A DNA stretch of 64,000 nt from Carpediemonas membranifera BICM (taxonomy: Eukaryota; Protista; Fornicata), in assembly GCA_019828565.1 (NCBI GenBank), contig JAHDYR010000007.1, forward strand, positions 320,373 to 384,372. The letters are read 5' to 3'. Positions 61,955 to 64,000 of the stretch are shown in pieces (position 1 is the first letter of the stretch; every line of letters starts with the position of its first letter). A model generated the notes under the pieces. The model did not search any database and was not told the origin of the DNA. It worked only from the letters and a program-made list of their open reading frames with translations. The position numbers and the translations under genes were made by a program.

Positions 61955-64000
61955 GCAGCTGCTCTCGCCACAGGATGGAGCTGACTGCTTGGCTGAGCGG
62001 CGGTGGGAAAATGTGCAGAGACCCGGGAAAGACGTACCTCAGCCTCGTACGACAACGCTTCACGTTCAGAGGGCTCACAACGTCATTGTCATGGTTCCGC
62101 AGTTTTGCCCCTAATGCCACGCGAAACGCACGCGAGCAACCGAAAAGAAGATGGGTGTTGCTGGTTTGAACGGCTTCATCAGGTATGAAGTGGTGAAGGA
62201 CGAAGAAATGCTCGCGAGGGACTCTAACTTCAAATCCACACTTATCGGCGATTTACCGCTGGACGAAAGCGTTGCCTTCCTCATTGACTGGCCCAATGCA
62301 ATATTTTCCTTCTTAGACAATCTTTCAGCCATCACTAAGCTCGCTAATCGCCCCAGCTTCCCGTGTTTTACTCTGTCCGAGCTGGTATCAGAGACAAAAG
62401 CGATGCTTGCACAGCTCGCAGGGCTTCCAAGCACCGTTATATTGTTCGATGACGGCTCAGCCAAGCCGCTGAAGTCTGTACTGAAGGACGCTGACGGCAA
62501 CCTGGTCTCCAACAATCTGTTGTTCCCCTTCACCGAAGACGTCGTCGCCAACGGGGACCTCCTCACGCCCCTCCCCGGTACGGGCGAGAGGGGCCGACTA
62601 CTGCACTCCGGGACGTTCCCCATCCGCTCCTACCTGATGGACATGACCCCCGAGCTGTGCATCGAGGCGGGCCTCGTCTACCGCTGCGACATCCTCCAGG
62701 AGGCCGACACGATGATATGTCGGGCTGTGAAGGAGCTGATAGGTGAGGGAAAGACGCCCGTCATCGTCAGCGCCGACACGGACATGCATCTGGTGCACAC
62801 TAAGGCCCACGTCATCGCCCAGGCGACCGATGTTTTCAGCCTCACCGCGGACACTGCCACCGTTCGCACTGTGCGGTTCATGAACTATCTCTTCATGTCC
62901 AGGGTCGGCAAGAACGGGAGAAGTCCGAACTACAAGAGGCCAGCGGGATTCATGAACCTTAAGCTGCAAGCTGCCGTCGCTGCTGTTGTCGCGGGCAACG
63001 ACCAGAGCAAGACGATCGTCCGGGGCAAGAGATTCCTCAGCCCCGAACTGACTCGGCACAAGCAGCGGCCGTACGAGGTCATCGACCGCCCCACTGTACA
63101 CGAGGGGGCACAGTACAAGCGGCCCTTCATCACTGTGTTCCGGAGCCTGACCACCTGCAACTGGCTGGACATCGTGCGGGCCGAGGGGGTCGAGCAGGCC
63201 CTGCGGGACACCCTCCTCCTCAGCGGGTTCGACTGCCCCCCGCAGCTGACCGAGACCCGCAGTCTGAAGACCACCGAGGACCTGGTCAACTCGCTCAGTC
63301 CGCCCCTGTTCGCCCTGTTCGGCGGGGGCATCGAAGACTGCATGCTGGGCGATAGTCCCATCCGCTTCCACCCCACCGTCTGCACCCTCGCCAGGAACTT
63401 CGTCAGGGTGCTCTCAGGGGAGGCACCCGACTGCGGCAGGCACATTCGACTGTTCCAGACTCCTGTGCTGAGCTACCTCGGCGGGGCTGTGGATGACAAC
63501 GGCGCGACAGTCGACCGGGCATCCGTGGTCCGGGACTTCGCCGCTGCCGTGGGGCGTGTGGGCGGTCGGTTTGAGTCGTTTGACGACTCGGCCCATGACA
63601 AGAACCGGCTCTTCTCCGAGGACATGCCGTGGGCAGGCAGCTGCTCCATCGCCCGGGACGCCATCCTCGGCCTCATTATTACCAGTCACCTGACCGGCCA
63701 CGCCGAGGTGCTGGGATGGATCTGGGACGTCCTCGACTACGAGCTGCGAGACACGGTCGACCTGCTCGGGTGGGTCATGACTGTGGCGTTCCAGGCCGAC
63801 ACCATGTGCGCCAGTAAGGAAGCATTGACTGACAGCGAGACGAAGCTGGTGTCCGCGGCCGTCAGGAGGGCACGCCCCGGTATGCTCGAGGCGCGAGATC
63901 ACCTGACGAACGAGAACAAGCTGACCTTTGCTCTCGTCGAGGCTTCTTTCTGGGGGCTCGACCAGGTCGTCCACAATGTCCTGCAGGCCATGGTCGTTGC
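61955..64000 (+). repeat. Near-identical inverted copy of the ~42520-44566 segment
   Basis: Identity starts sharply at GCAGCTGCTCTCGCC (61955 vs 44566); only isolated substitutions seen (e.g. ATCACT vs AACACT). Confidence 0.95.
62151..64000 (+). CDS. XPG/PIN-domain nuclease family protein, copy 2 (runs off the window end)
   Basis: ATG GGT GTT GCT GGT TTG at 62151; same reading frame as 42427-44370. Confidence 0.75.
   Translation, partial: MGVAGLNGFIRYEVVKDEEMLARDSNFKSTLIGDLPLDESVAFLIDWPNAIFSFLDNLSAITKLANRPSFPCFTLSELVSETKAMLAQLAGLPSTVILFDDGSAKPLKSVLKDADGNLVSNNLLFPFTEDVVANGDLLTPLPGTGERGRLLHSGTFPIRSYLMDMTPELCIEAGLVYRCDILQEADTMICRAVKELIGEGKTPVIVSADTDMHLVHTKAHVIAQATDVFSLTADTATVRTVRFMNYLFMSRVGKNGRSPNYKRPAGFMNLKLQAAVAAVVAGNDQSKTIVRGKRFLSPELTRHKQRPYEVIDRPTVHEGAQYKRPFITVFRSLTTCNWLDIVRAEGVEQALRDTLLLSGFDCPPQLTETRSLKTTEDLVNSLSPPLFALFGGGIEDCMLGDSPIRFHPTVCTLARNFVRVLSGEAPDCGRHIRLFQTPVLSYLGGAVDDNGATVDRASVVRDFAAAVGRVGGRFESFDDSAHDKNRLFSEDMPWAGSCSIARDAILGLIITSHLTGHAEVLGWIWDVLDYELRDTVDLLGWVMTVAFQADTMCASKEALTDSETKLVSAAVRRARPGMLEARDHLTNENKLTFALVEASFWGLDQVVHNVLQAMVV

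Overview
Gene-dense, intron-poor, GC-rich eukaryotic DNA. The short introns with a branch point fused to the 3' splice site suggest a metamonad/Carpediemonas-like protist (inference). About half of the window is two nests of Ty3/Gypsy (chromovirus-type) LTR retrotransposons from at least seven families. Nest 1 spans 1-~18400 (elements labelled here A>B>{C>D, E>F}, plus a SINE-like insert in E). Nest 2 spans 29390-39874 (G>H). All eight elements have very short LTRs (43-119 bp, TG...CA). The five elements with both ends visible have identical LTR pairs and 4-5 bp TSDs, and every visible 3' LTR has a normal polypurine tract. None has a tRNA primer-binding site. Instead, all 7 visible 5' LTRs are directly followed by a perfect 10-12 bp palindrome that starts on the last LTR base and differs between families, pointing to tRNA-independent (self- or dimer-primed) reverse transcription. 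Two elements carry antisense cargo in their 3' region: a tRNA-like unit in F and a chromodomain ORF in H. The rest of the window holds host genes (CK1/TTBK-like kinase, WD40 proteins, macro-domain protein, CK2 alpha, EI24, two Sey1/RHD3-like pseudo-GTPases, NT-C2/DIL protein, FAM161-like, WDR44-like, Rad6-like E2, TmcB-like membrane protein). It also holds a Fanzor (eukaryotic TnpB-like) locus with a structured 3' RNA candidate and a near-identical inverted duplicate of an XPG/PIN-family nuclease gene.
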